The notes below the pieces were generated by a model. That model was not told the DNA's origin. It worked only from the letters and a program-made list of their open reading frames with translations, and did no database searches. From the NCBI GenBank assembly GCA_020353515.1, contig CP070695.1, forward strand, positions 2,294,866-2,358,865: a DNA stretch of 64,000 nucleotides. Reading direction: 5' to 3'. This DNA is from Candidatus Heimdallarchaeota archaeon (GTDB lineage Archaea; Asgardarchaeota; Heimdallarchaeia; Hodarchaeales; Hodarchaeaceae). Each line of letters opens with the position of its first letter. The stretch's first letter is position 1. A program made the translations under genes and the position numbers. Below, one piece after another: positions 20,164 to 29,575 of the stretch.

Positions 20164-20670
20164 GTGGTTATAACCCCTATTTGTAACTTTTGCGCAAAAA
20201 CTGGAGTATTATGCAAAAAATGCAAACAAAAACTTCGAAAAAAGAAAATCACACAATTAGATGTCGATGTTTCAATTGCTTTCGCAAAAGCTGAACAACG
20301 ATTTCCGAAACAACTTCAAAATGTAATCTTGGATTGTGCACAGAAAGTAAATGGTTCTGTTGTGTTATTAACGCGAAATGGTAATAATATCTTGGAAAAT
20401 GAAGAAATTAAACATTTCATCGAAGACGAAATCAGAAAGCCGATTGAGATTGTTGAAAGAAAGTCTGATACTAGAAAGACTTTTGCAGATTTCTTTGCAC
20501 CACTGGATATTCTCGAAATTGATCAGATTTTTGCTCCTCCTGAAGGTGATATTGAGTTAAAGATCACCTTACGCGGGGATCCAGAGATGCTGAGATATCC
20601 TTTGGATCAGCTTAAACAGATCGCTGAGATGATATCAAAGAATCCTGTACGCTTAGAAATTCAAAACTAG
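20164..20670 (+). CDS. Archaeal NusA-like Zn-finger/KH protein
   Basis: PICNFCAKTGVLCKKC...ITQLDV N-terminus is typical of this archaeal family. Confidence 0.7.
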   Translation: MVITPICNFCAKTGVLCKKCKQKLRKKKITQLDVDVSIAFAKAEQRFPKQLQNVILDCAQKVNGSVVLLTRNGNNILENEEIKHFIEDEIRKPIEIVERKSDTRKTFADFFAPLDILEIDQIFAPPEGDIELKITLRGDPEMLRYPLDQLKQIAEMISKNPVRLEIQN

Positions 20671-20683
20671 AAAAAATTATGTC

Positions 20684-21310
20684 TTATCCTCCAAGCAAAA
20701 ATGTTATTATTCCCCCTATCGACACTCCAAAAAATAGCAGAATACCCTGGATAATACAGAGAACTCCAACAGCTATTGATATAATGGGGGATGAGAGGAC
20801 TTCTGCAATGAGAAGGTACAGGTCTTCAATTAACTTTATTGATAGATAGAGTGCAATAAAAATTACGACAAATACAATGGCAAGTAATTGAATTGATTCA
20901 GCTCCCAGTAGAACTAATAGTCCTGCTCCTAGAAGACCAATTGCTAGGGAAATGAAAGCACCGATTCTGAAATCTTTTATTGGCCGAAGAATTAAGACTA
21001 GACTAAGGATTCCTAAACACGCAATTGTAACTAGGTCAAACGCAGGGTATTCATCAATAAATTCAGGCCCAGGATCCCCCATCGTTGACCATAAGAGCAA
21101 TCCTGCTCCTATTGAAAATAATGCAAGAATTCCTACTGGAAATCCAACTAAAGATAATTTATCAACAATACTAGACATATCATCCGAGCTTACACCTGCT
21201 AAGCGCACCAATAGCCACGATGCTGCCAGGAGGCCGCCTAGAATCAGAATAAGGAAACTCCAAAAGATGAGGTTATGTAACAAGTTATCTACAATATCGA
21301 CAGCTGCCAT
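20684..21310 (-). CDS. Hypothetical membrane protein (~6 TM)
   Basis: Almost entirely hydrophobic segments. Confidence 0.75.
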   Translation of the reverse strand: MAAVDIVDNLLHNLIFWSFLILILGGLLAASWLLVRLAGVSSDDMSSIVDKLSLVGFPVGILALFSIGAGLLLWSTMGDPGPEFIDEYPAFDLVTIACLGILSLVLILRPIKDFRIGAFISLAIGLLGAGLLVLLGAESIQLLAIVFVVIFIALYLSIKLIEDLYLLIAEVLSSPIISIAVGVLCIIQGILLFFGVSIGGIITFLLGG

Positions 21311-21486
21311 TTGAATCGATTCCTAAGTAATCAGTCATTTTTTTTCTATAAAAATAACCCAGCTCAAATAGATTAATTAATCCTTTCCTTTATTATACAT
21401 TGTGTATTGGCATTTAAAATCTAAGAATATGGCTAAATATCATATACCAGCTTATTTAATTCTTGATAATAATAAATTACGGAATT

Positions 21487-22680
21487 CTAGAGTTTTGGCC
21501 AACCCATGAAATATAGTGAAAGGAGTATATTTATTCCCATTACTCCTAATGAAAAGTATCGAATCCATGGCAAGTATTCGCTGAATTTAGGTCCTAAAAA
21601 GGCAGTTAATAACTTATCTCCATCTAAGAATGGGATTGGTAATAAATTTATCATAGCAAACATGAGATTCAACATGAAGACATATAAGATAGTATTAAGC
21701 GTCCAGTAAGGGATTAAATTTACTAGGGGAGATGGTGTAAAAAAACGAGATTTCAGGTATTCCCAGGTACGAATTCCAACAAATCCTTTGCTTGGATTAT
21801 CTTCACGGGGAACAGTTTCAAGCGGGATAGGCTTTCCTCCTTTCGCAAAGTAGAAAGTGAGAGTCTGATTTGGTAAAATCGAGGAATTAGCATATTGCTG
21901 AAAATCTGCCGCTGATGAAATTGATTTTAATCCATTGGATGAATTTATTGCAATAATGGCAAATCCTGCTTTAATACCTGCTAGAGCTGCTGGATTTTCA
22001 GGAATTGTTTCTATTATTAAAGCTCCACTTGACTCTGTATGATAAAGAGGGGAAATTAATAGAGGAAATCCAAAAGGTAGAATCAGGATCAAGATGAAAA
22101 TGACTGCAACAGCCATATTTGCTAATGCACCAGCTGCCATGATTCGTACTTTAGATCGTCGAGATTTTTGATTGAAGACTTTTTCATCAGGCTCAACAAA
22201 AGCTCCGAAGAGTACTAGAAATATAAAGATCCCTGTACTTTTCAAATCAACCCCCTCAACACGAGCTGCGATCCCATGGGCGAATTCATGAACCACGGCT
22301 CCAATCATTATAGCTACTAAGAAATATGGGAGACTTTGAAATGATATAGTTATTCCTGGAATAACAGGAGTTACAGCGATTGCAGAGCTTGTTCCATCAC
22401 CAGTTGGTAGGAAAAACAGAGGAATATTGATAGTAAAGAAAGCCAAAGCGACTATAAGAATTCCTAATCCAGAAATCACTCCAATGTCCCAGAAAAATTT
22501 CCAAATAATTTGTCCTCTTCCAGCAAGTCGATCAATTAAATTATTCAACTTTTTTGTACGGTAGAATGCATACCCTAGACCGATTTCGGGATTTTTAACT
22601 TCAAACCAGTGAGTTCGAGCAATAGCATTTAAAGAAATCCAGCTAAATCCAACGATTATTAAAAAAATAAGTGGATCCAT
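21487..22680 (-). CDS. Site-2 protease (M50 family) with PDZ domain
   Basis: HEFAH zinc motif, GAFVEPD, AGALAN, NLLPIPFLDG; PDZ-like PAALAGIKAG. Confidence 0.92.
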   Translation of the reverse strand: MDPLIFLIIVGFSWISLNAIARTHWFEVKNPEIGLGYAFYRTKKLNNLIDRLAGRGQIIWKFFWDIGVISGLGILIVALAFFTINIPLFFLPTGDGTSSAIAVTPVIPGITISFQSLPYFLVAIMIGAVVHEFAHGIAARVEGVDLKSTGIFIFLVLFGAFVEPDEKVFNQKSRRSKVRIMAAGALANMAVAVIFILILILPFGFPLLISPLYHTESSGALIIETIPENPAALAGIKAGFAIIAINSSNGLKSISSAADFQQYANSSILPNQTLTFYFAKGGKPIPLETVPREDNPSKGFVGIRTWEYLKSRFFTPSPLVNLIPYWTLNTILYVFMLNLMFAMINLLPIPFLDGDKLLTAFLGPKFSEYLPWIRYFSLGVMGINILLSLYFMGWPKL

Positions 22681-22906
22681 CTTTTTTTTTCCGTTTTACT
22701 TGGTTATGATTAAAATGAAGCACTCTGTATCCAGTCGATTCAAGCTTATGGTGCGTTTCTCAGCTTAAGGTCATATTTTTCGAATGGGGCTTAATTTTGT
22801 TTGTATAATACTTGCTAAAGGATTTTTTGTCTAAAGAAAAGATTGGTGTTTTCCATGTAACAAACCACCGATAAGCTTATAATTATCTATCGCTAAATTA
22901 ATCGTT

Positions 22907-23006
22907 GGAAGGATCCAATGATGGCTCTAGCCCTCCCGATAAGGCCCAAAAATAGTTTTATTTAAGTCTTAAATGATGAAGATCTTGAGTTCCGAGGTTT
23001 CCTTCC
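22907..23006 (+). ncRNA. Box C/D guide sRNA (long form)
   Basis: GGAAGGA/TCCTTCC terminal stem; ATGATGG(C), CCGA(D'), internal stem, ATGATGA(C'), CCGA(D); TATA-like TTATAA ~25-30 nt upstream. Confidence 0.75.
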
Positions 23007-23014
23007 TTCAATAA

Positions 23015-23482
23015 TCAGCTTCGACTTTTTTCGTGTTCCTCCTTCCTTAATCTGGTACTACTTTCCAATGAACCATCAGTACGAACTACACGGGGTACAA
23101 TGATTATTGTGAGCTTTGACTTTCCTTTTGAGGTACGTAAGCGATTAATGGTATTTGCTCCAGAACAGGTTTCTTGGGACACAATTAGAGCACCTAACTT
23201 TGCATCACTGGCTAAATTTCTATCCATTCCAGGATTTTCTATACGAGTTATTTGACATTGCGTTTTCCTTTTCGAGAAGAAAGTTTCAACTGCAATCCGA
23301 CGGACTTGGAAACTTTGGATAATCTCGCTGTAATTTTTGTGGATTTTATCTAAGTAACTTGGACTAATCAATCCAACATGGACATTTTGTCCGTAGTGTG
23401 CAGCAATATCGAGAAAAAGCTTGTGTCCCATATGTAAGCGATCGAATGTTCCACCTAGTCCAACATTTTCAAATTGTCTCAA
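23015..23482 (-). CDS. coaD: Phosphopantetheine adenylyltransferase (archaeal/eukaryotic type)
   Basis: GGTFDRLHMGH, IVSQET, INRLR and SSTRLR. Confidence 0.9.
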   Translation of the reverse strand: MRQFENVGLGGTFDRLHMGHKLFLDIAAHYGQNVHVGLISPSYLDKIHKNYSEIIQSFQVRRIAVETFFSKRKTQCQITRIENPGMDRNLASDAKLGALIVSQETCSGANTINRLRTSKGKSKLTIIIVPRVVRTDGSLESSTRLRKEEHEKSRS

Positions 23483-23569
23483 ATTTTAATCTCCATGAAT
23501 AAGTTCATGGCTTCCTGACTTTTATGAAAGGAAAAATTTATGAATTAAATTAACATTGTTATACCAGCC

Positions 23570-23847
23570 ATGAAGGAAAAAATTCTGCTTTTCGAGGACC
23601 AGAGGATGTATATGAATCTTGGTGCAAATAAGCAGAGAAATCCAGAGCTATTTAATCCGATAAGATTAGAAGACGGGCTCTCGCACGAGACTGGGTGTGT
23701 CACCCAACAATGAGCGTTAGGGTTAACCCTTCTAACCGACAGGATTACTGGATCGTTAAAGCCCTTCACAAGAGAACTCGGTTGAATAAGGCCTAATGGC
23801 TGAATATGTAGCTGAGAGTTAGTGTCTAGGGCTACAGATCCTTTCAT
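23570..23847 (+). ncRNA. Large structured ncRNA with H/ACA pseudouridylation-guide hairpins
   Basis: Hairpin 23583-23637 with bipartite pocket TTCGAGG/GCAAAT and an ANA 14 nt downstream; 3' hairpin AGCCCT/AGGGCT followed by ACA; BRE/TATA-like GAAAAATTTATG ~30 nt upstream. Confidence 0.72.
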
Positions 23848-23929
23848 TTAGAATTTTTAATCATTCAGAGAGAACTCATAACAAAGAGAAATAGAATAAT
23901 AATCGGAGTTTTAATTCTAATTAAAAAGA

Positions 23930-23964
23930 TGTGCAGGTGTCCTGCCGATCCTGCACAAAAAAAA
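23930..23964 (-). terminator. Hairpin flanked by T/A tracts downstream of dnaG
   Basis: TGTGCAGG...CCTGCACA 8-bp inverted repeat followed by TCTTTTT on the minus strand. Confidence 0.45.
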
Positions 23965-23971
23965 TTGAAAC

Positions 23972-25216
23972 TTATTCAGAAAAAGTATAGACATCTATAT
24001 CTAAGGGTTTCTTTGTAACATCGTGTTGTTTAGCACCAACAATAGTTTTTATTCCTCTTTCTGATGCAACATCGAGAAGTCTTTGGGTGATTATCCCATT
24101 GAAAATTATTGCTGTTACATCTTCTGTCTCGAGAATGATGTCACGAAGTTCACTGATAGCTATGTGTTCTTTTAAAATTTCAGATTTCGATCCAAGTAAA
24201 ATGGCTTCTTGTTCTGAGAGATTTTCAAGAAATTGGGCAAAATTACGTGGAATTTTTGACATCATGGAAGAACTCGGTTGAGACCTAACGATGATTGGGA
24301 TTTCTTTTGGTTCTGTTTCTGACCGAGACTTGTTTGAAGATTCATCTGATTCAATGTCTTCTGGGGAGATATTCATTTCTTTCATAATTTGTTCAATTGG
24401 GATTTTAGTACGTAAGGATTTTAGAAGCTCTTTGCTAGATAGTTCTTCAACTTCTCGATTCGGGGGAGCCCTGGCAACATAATCTAAGTCAGTAAGATGA
24501 ATGAGCTCTCGGAGAATAAGATCACCACCATGGTCACCATCTAAAAAGGCGGTGGTTACTTTTTTTCGAGAGAGTTCAATAACATCAGGAGGCACATTAG
24601 TTCCTTGTACAGCAATCACATTTCGAAAACCATGTTTTAAAAGATTGACAACATCAGCTCGTCCTTCAACGATAATTAAATTGTCACTATCTTGAATACC
24701 TGGACCAGCTGGTAAATCCTCTTTCCCATATTTTTGAATAATACTAATACGAGCCTCTTTTAGAACTTCATCTAAAACAGAGATGGAATCAGGAGCTACT
24801 TCATGATCCCAAGTTTTTAGAATCTGAGATGCACGAGTAATAATCTGCCTACGTTTACTTTCACGAACATCTTCTACTTTTAATAAAGAGATCTTTCCAA
24901 CACAAGGTCCAACACGATCTACAGTTTCCAAAGCAGCCGCAAGCAAAGCTGTTTCGACTCGATCGAGTGATGATGGGACGATAATGGTTCCTGTAGTTTT
25001 CCGTTGTTTTTTTTGGTATTGTAATTTTACAGCAATTCTTCCTATTCTTGATGTTTTTTGCAGTTCTCGTAAATCTAATCCCTCACCAATTAATCCCTCG
25101 GTTTGACCGAACAATGCTCCAATAATATCTGAGCGCTCTGCCACACCGTTAATACTAAATTTTTCATGGATAAGATACTTTACAGTTGAAGTATCGATAT
25201 CCTCTTCGTTTACCAT
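23972..25216 (-). CDS. dnaG: Archaeal DnaG-type primase / exosome-associated DnaG
   Basis: GALFGQTEGL, TOPRIM VEGRADV and DGDHGG; start at MVNEED after SD GAGGTGA. Confidence 0.95.
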   Translation of the reverse strand: MVNEEDIDTSTVKYLIHEKFSINGVAERSDIIGALFGQTEGLIGEGLDLRELQKTSRIGRIAVKLQYQKKQRKTTGTIIVPSSLDRVETALLAAALETVDRVGPCVGKISLLKVEDVRESKRRQIITRASQILKTWDHEVAPDSISVLDEVLKEARISIIQKYGKEDLPAGPGIQDSDNLIIVEGRADVVNLLKHGFRNVIAVQGTNVPPDVIELSRKKVTTAFLDGDHGGDLILRELIHLTDLDYVARAPPNREVEELSSKELLKSLRTKIPIEQIMKEMNISPEDIESDESSNKSRSETEPKEIPIIVRSQPSSSMMSKIPRNFAQFLENLSEQEAILLGSKSEILKEHIAISELRDIILETEDVTAIIFNGIITQRLLDVASERGIKTIVGAKQHDVTKKPLDIDVYTFSE

Positions 25217-25636
25217 GGTTGTTTCACCTCCAATAGTCGCTAGGTGAAACTGCATATATCATTATGATTGGTAAATTTTCTTTCATGGTGTACTACTATT
25301 TCTTAAGTGAATTAAATGTATAAGTATAATAATAATAATGGTGATATGCGGTTCCACTTGCGCAATTGTCTTTAATTTGTGTTTTAATGATTTTTAATCA
25401 GTGTCAAGTTGATTGAAATTGCCTCATGGATCAACATCACCTTTAAGTGGTGATTTTTTTTGGAATGAAATTTGATTCTATTCCTTCTACTACAAGTCCA
25501 TAGAGGCTCTTTTAAATATGAATTTTTTTGTGAATAAACCTGCAGGACAAGGATTTATTCATTTTGCTTGCTATAGTAACACAAGAATTCCGAGAATTTT
25601 AAATTATGGGTACAAGGAAAAAATAAGCAGAAATTT

Positions 25637-25855
25637 TTATTTCTCAACCTTAACCTTTTTTAGGGCTAATTCGATATCTTTTTTTTCCAACGTTTTTTTT
25701 CCAGCATATTTAGCGAATTCCCAGGCCAATTTGGCTATTGAAACACCGTACTCTTCCAATTCCTTTTGTAGAGCTCTTATTGCTGATTTTGAAACCCTCC
25801 CCTCTCCTCCTCTTCGAATAATTCGATCAACAGATGAAACTGGGATCTCTACCAT
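25637..25855 (-). CDS. Archaeal histone (HMf-like variant)
   Basis: EIPVSSVDRIIR, RVSKSA, AGKKTL...DI histone-fold motifs; SD GAGGT. Confidence 0.92.
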   Translation of the reverse strand: MVEIPVSSVDRIIRRGGEGRVSKSAIRALQKELEEYGVSIAKLAWEFAKYAGKKTLEKKDIELALKKVKVEK

Positions 25856-26119
25856 CTGAAATACCTCTAAAAAATTATATATCTGAAAATCTTTTTTTGA
25901 ATTCGGTTCCTAAAGTTTAATAACCTTTAGAAATTCTTATTTTTAATTTGGTTGTATTGTGATCTTATTTACTTATCTTAGGTTTGTGCAAGAATCAGCT
26001 GCATAAGTTTATAATGCTGATTAGGATGGAGCTTGAATCAGTTAAATTCAGACTCTTTCATCGAATACTTCTTTATATTCAGTTGAAAGACCGAGAAAGG
26101 ATAATGGAGTTGAAATTAC

Positions 26120-26638
26120 ATGGGAAAACGACCTGCATACTGCTATTCTCGTGTCGATAGACCACCATATACCCGTAAAAAATACATTAAAGGTGGCCCT
26201 GAACCCAAAATTCGTGCTTTTGATTTCGGATCACCAGGAAAAGAATTCCCGCTCGAAGTATCTTTGATCACTGATGAAAGGTGTCAAATTTCGCATAATG
26301 CTCTTGAAGCTGCTCGTATACATGTGAATCGTTTTTTGACACGGAAAATTGGACGAGATAACTATCATTATCGTGTTTGCGTTTATCCCCACCATAGAAT
26401 CCGTGAAAATAAAATGATGACTGGTGCTGGAGCAGATCGTTTACAAGATGGCATGCGAAAAGCTTTTGGCAAAATTATCAGTGTTGCAGCTAGAGTTTTT
26501 GAGGGAGATCGGATTCTATTCGTACGTACTCACCCTGAGTATTTAGCTTTAGCTAAGGATGCATTAAGACGTGGAAAAGCTAAATTTCCTGCCCCCTGTC
26601 GGATCAAGATCACGAAAGGCCAAGAATTAGTAATGTAA
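26120..26638 (+). CDS. rpl10e: 50S ribosomal protein L10e (uL16)
   Basis: ALEAARI and RENKMMTGAGADRLQDGMRKAFGK. Confidence 0.97.
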   Translation: MGKRPAYCYSRVDRPPYTRKKYIKGGPEPKIRAFDFGSPGKEFPLEVSLITDERCQISHNALEAARIHVNRFLTRKIGRDNYHYRVCVYPHHRIRENKMMTGAGADRLQDGMRKAFGKIISVAARVFEGDRILFVRTHPEYLALAKDALRRGKAKFPAPCRIKITKGQELVM

Positions 26639-26871
26639 TAATCATTTTTTCAATCAAATTTCCACTTTTTATGTATTTGAGAGAGTTTGTGACTATTTTT
26701 GCTATTTTTGCCTCCAACAACCAAACCCTCTTGTCAAGTCACGAAAAGAAAGTTAAATCAATTGAAGTGTAATCCCTCAAGTAAAGATTATAATTCCATA
26801 ATTCTAACATCGATATCACAGAAAATCATTACTAGGTTTATTAACTTAAATTTCACTGGGAAATTTTAAGA

Positions 26872-26960
26872 CAAAATGATGAAACTGACCTAAACTGAGA
26901 CGAATTCATGATCGGACACCAATTGAATTCGTTAATGATGTTCATGTACCTCACTGATTT
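26872..26960 (+). ncRNA. Box C/D guide sRNA (long form)
   Basis: ATGATGA(26876)-12 nt-CTGA, 10-bp stem GACGAATTCA/TGAATTCGTT, then ATGATGT-12 nt-CTGA(26954); TATA-like TTTATTAA upstream. Confidence 0.85.
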
Positions 26961-26986
26961 ATCCATCAATATTCAAAGATAGGCAA

Positions 26987-27355
26987 ATGTGGTTTCCATT
27001 GCTTGAATTAAAGCAAGTAATTATTCTACGAAAGGATTTGAATATGTCTAAGGGCAAGGCTGCAGCCCAAGCTTCACATGCAGCAGTCGCTGCCGCCATT
27101 AGATCTAAACGAGAGAAACCAAATCAATTTTTACAGTGGTGGAGCACAGGACAGAAGAAAGTTGTGTTAGCTGTAGATTCTGAAGAAAAATTACTTGCAC
27201 TTGAAAATAGATTGAAGTCTACCGGAGTCATTCTGGTAAAAATCGATGATGCTGGCAGAACTCAACTCCCTCCAGGGACAACAACAGCATTAGGAATTGG
27301 TCCCCATGCTCAAAAAGAAGTTGAAGAAATAACTTCAAACTTGAAGTTATTTTAA
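26987..27355 (+). CDS. pth2: Peptidyl-tRNA hydrolase 2
   Basis: RKDLNMSKGKAAAQASHA, GQKKVVL and DAGRTQ. Confidence 0.96.
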   Translation: MWFPLLELKQVIILRKDLNMSKGKAAAQASHAAVAAAIRSKREKPNQFLQWWSTGQKKVVLAVDSEEKLLALENRLKSTGVILVKIDDAGRTQLPPGTTTALGIGPHAQKEVEEITSNLKLF

Positions 27356-27395
27356 CGCTTTTTCACCCGTATATATTCTAAGAGCCGACAAGTGA

Positions 27396-28502
27396 GTGTT
27401 AATGCGTGTTTTAAAGAAAGACATGAAGAACAATCGGGTAGTTTTAAGACCTGAAAGCGCCACAGATCTTTATATTCTTTCAAATGTTATAAGTATTGGT
27501 GATCGCGTCATCACTAAGACTAATCGAAGGGTTAGACGATCTGGAAGTGAGGGGAGGTCTGGTGATGATAGTCAACGGATCACCATGGTTATTGGGATTG
27601 AAGCAGAAGATTACGCGTTTCAAGACAGCTCTGTAAGTAATCGGTTACGAGTTAAAGGCAAAATATTCCAAGGCCCTGAACAATACGTGTCTATAGGCTC
27701 TTATCATACACTAAATCTAGAATTAACAAGCGTAATAACCATAATCAAGGCAGAATGGTCGAAATATTTTCTTGAACTGCTGAAAAAAGCTGAAGAAGCA
27801 AGTAAGAAACCAAAAATATGTCTAATCGCAGCTGATAAAGCTGAAATTTGTATTGGAATTCTTGATAATTTCAACCTCAACGTGTTAGCTCATGAAAAAT
27901 CTCATATTTCTCGGAAATTATCGAAAGAAAAAGTTCGTTCAAAGCAAACCCAATCATTTTTTGACCGAATTGCGATGATCATCAGTAGACAAGTTTTATC
28001 TGAAACAAAAAAATTTGTAATAGGTGGCCCTGGTTTTATTAAGGAGCAATTAACAACTTTTTTGAAAAACAAATTTACGAAAGAAGGTATTACTATCATT
28101 GTAGCTGGATCTTTAAGTGGTGGGAATAGAGTTGGTTTATCTGAACTCCTACAGATGGAAGCAGTGGATAAACTTGCAGCAGATTTCCAAATTTTCGAAG
28201 AAAATAGTTTATTTGATGAATTTTTTAAAAGACTTAATCAAGGAAGCACTAATGTAACTTATGGATTTGTCGAAATTAAAAAAATTGTAAGTACTGGAGC
28301 AATAGAGACATTAATTTTACTGGATTCTCTACTAAAAGGGGGTTCTGGGATCAATCCAGATGAAGTCCAACACTTGCTTCGTGAGGTTGAGAAAACTCGT
28401 GGAAAAATCGTTATAATTTCATCGCATAGCGAAAATGCCAACCAAATCAAAACTTTTGGAGGGATCATTGGTCTTTTAAGATATGCCTTACATTGGGACT
28501 GA
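27396..28502 (+). CDS. pelA: Pelota / Dom34 ribosome rescue factor
   Basis: RLRVKG, GSYHTL, GPGFIK, GAIETL and FGGIIGLLRY. Confidence 0.93.
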   Translation: MLMRVLKKDMKNNRVVLRPESATDLYILSNVISIGDRVITKTNRRVRRSGSEGRSGDDSQRITMVIGIEAEDYAFQDSSVSNRLRVKGKIFQGPEQYVSIGSYHTLNLELTSVITIIKAEWSKYFLELLKKAEEASKKPKICLIAADKAEICIGILDNFNLNVLAHEKSHISRKLSKEKVRSKQTQSFFDRIAMIISRQVLSETKKFVIGGPGFIKEQLTTFLKNKFTKEGITIIVAGSLSGGNRVGLSELLQMEAVDKLAADFQIFEENSLFDEFFKRLNQGSTNVTYGFVEIKKIVSTGAIETLILLDSLLKGGSGINPDEVQHLLREVEKTRGKIVIISSHSENANQIKTFGGIIGLLRYALHWD

Positions 28503-28531
28503 TATTACTCTTTAATTACTCCCCAAAAAAA

Positions 28532-29575
28532 TTATAACTCCCAAAAGTCGTTAAGGATCTTTTTTGATCGTTCTATAGTAAGAATCGTTTGATTGTTAGG
28601 TTCCAAGTATTCAGATGGGTTGTTATAATCTTGATCGGGATGAATGAGGGGAGAGATGTAAGATGAAAGCAATTCTGGGAGCATTTGAATGTTATACCCT
28701 CCCTCAAGGAAATTAGCAAAAGGAATTTTGAGTTCTGATGCAATATGATGAATTAACATTCCGATTGTTGAAAATCCTTCAGATGTTACACCTAATACTC
28801 CAATTGGATCTCTTTCATAACCATCAAACCCAGCTGATATTGCGAGGAAATCCGGTTTAAATTGGAAAATAATTGGATAGATTAACTGTTCAAAAACAAT
28901 CTTAAGATCGGCTTCATTCGATCTATAATCCAGAGGTATTGGGATATTGTAACCCCTGCCGTCTCCCCGACCCACCTCTTCTGTGAAGCCACATCCTGGA
29001 TAACCAAGCCCAGGAGCAGCATGAGTGCTGATATAGAGGATTTCTGGGGTTTCTTCAAGGATATAAGCTGTACCATTTCCAAAATGCTGGTCAAAATCTA
29101 TTATCGCAATTCGTTGATACTTTTTTTGTTGGAGTGCTAATTCTGAAGCTATCGCGATGTTATTAAAGATACAGAATCCACCTGGAGATGTTCGCGTGGC
29201 ATGATGACCAGGGGGTCTAACTAAAGCAAAGATCGACATATTTCTATCACTCTCCCAAACTGCTTTCTTGCCAACTGCAACTGCTTGGCGAGCTGCTTCA
29301 AAGGTATAATTATTAGCTGCAGTATCTGCATCGAAATAAAAATGTCCCATTTGGTTCTGAGATCTCTCAATTAGTTCATAATGGTCAGTTGTGTGAGTAA
29401 CAAGAATGTCCTCCTTAGATGCCGATTCATCTAAGATCTCATAGCTAATATTCTCACTAGAGGGTGAGAGGATCCATTCTTCCATAACCTCTATCCGATG
29501 TGCTGATTCTGGATGAAACATCCCGCAAGAGTGTTTTTTTGCTAGTGAGTTGGATATAAACTTCAGTTCTACCAC
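28532..29575 (-). CDS. Zn-dependent histone deacetylase family (HDAC/AcuC/APAH-like)
   Basis: HPE, RPPGHHA, GFCIFNN, DFDQHFGNG, SAGFD and EGGY. Confidence 0.93.
   Translation of the reverse strand: MVELKFISNSLAKKHSCGMFHPESAHRIEVMEEWILSPSSENISYEILDESASKEDILVTHTTDHYELIERSQNQMGHFYFDADTAANNYTFEAARQAVAVGKKAVWESDRNMSIFALVRPPGHHATRTSPGGFCIFNNIAIASELALQQKKYQRIAIIDFDQHFGNGTAYILEETPEILYISTHAAPGLGYPGCGFTEEVGRGDGRGYNIPIPLDYRSNEADLKIVFEQLIYPIIFQFKPDFLAISAGFDGYERDPIGVLGVTSEGFSTIGMLIHHIASELKIPFANFLEGGYNIQMLPELLSSYISPLIHPDQDYNNPSEYLEPNNQTILTIERSKKILNDFWEL

Noticed and set aside
23760-23836. Helix-69 (Psi1915/1917) target for the 3' H/ACA hairpin
   Set aside because: GAGTTA and AAGAG are partly complementary to UAACUC..CUCUU, but the register and ACA distance do not fit cleanly; target left unassigned.
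23545-23847. 100-aa minus-strand ORF; also SRP RNA or RNase P RNA as identities for this block
   Set aside because: The ORF has no recognisable features and overlaps the structured RNA. The SRP helix-8 motif (CAGG..GGAA..AGCA) and the RNase P P4 motifs (GAGGAAAGUCC / ACAGAA..GGCUUA) are absent.
26942-26953. C/D guide complementary over 10 nt to the hypB ribosome-binding region (TGAGGTACAT, ~30865-74)
   Set aside because: A 10-mer match within 64 kb on two strands is quite plausible by chance.
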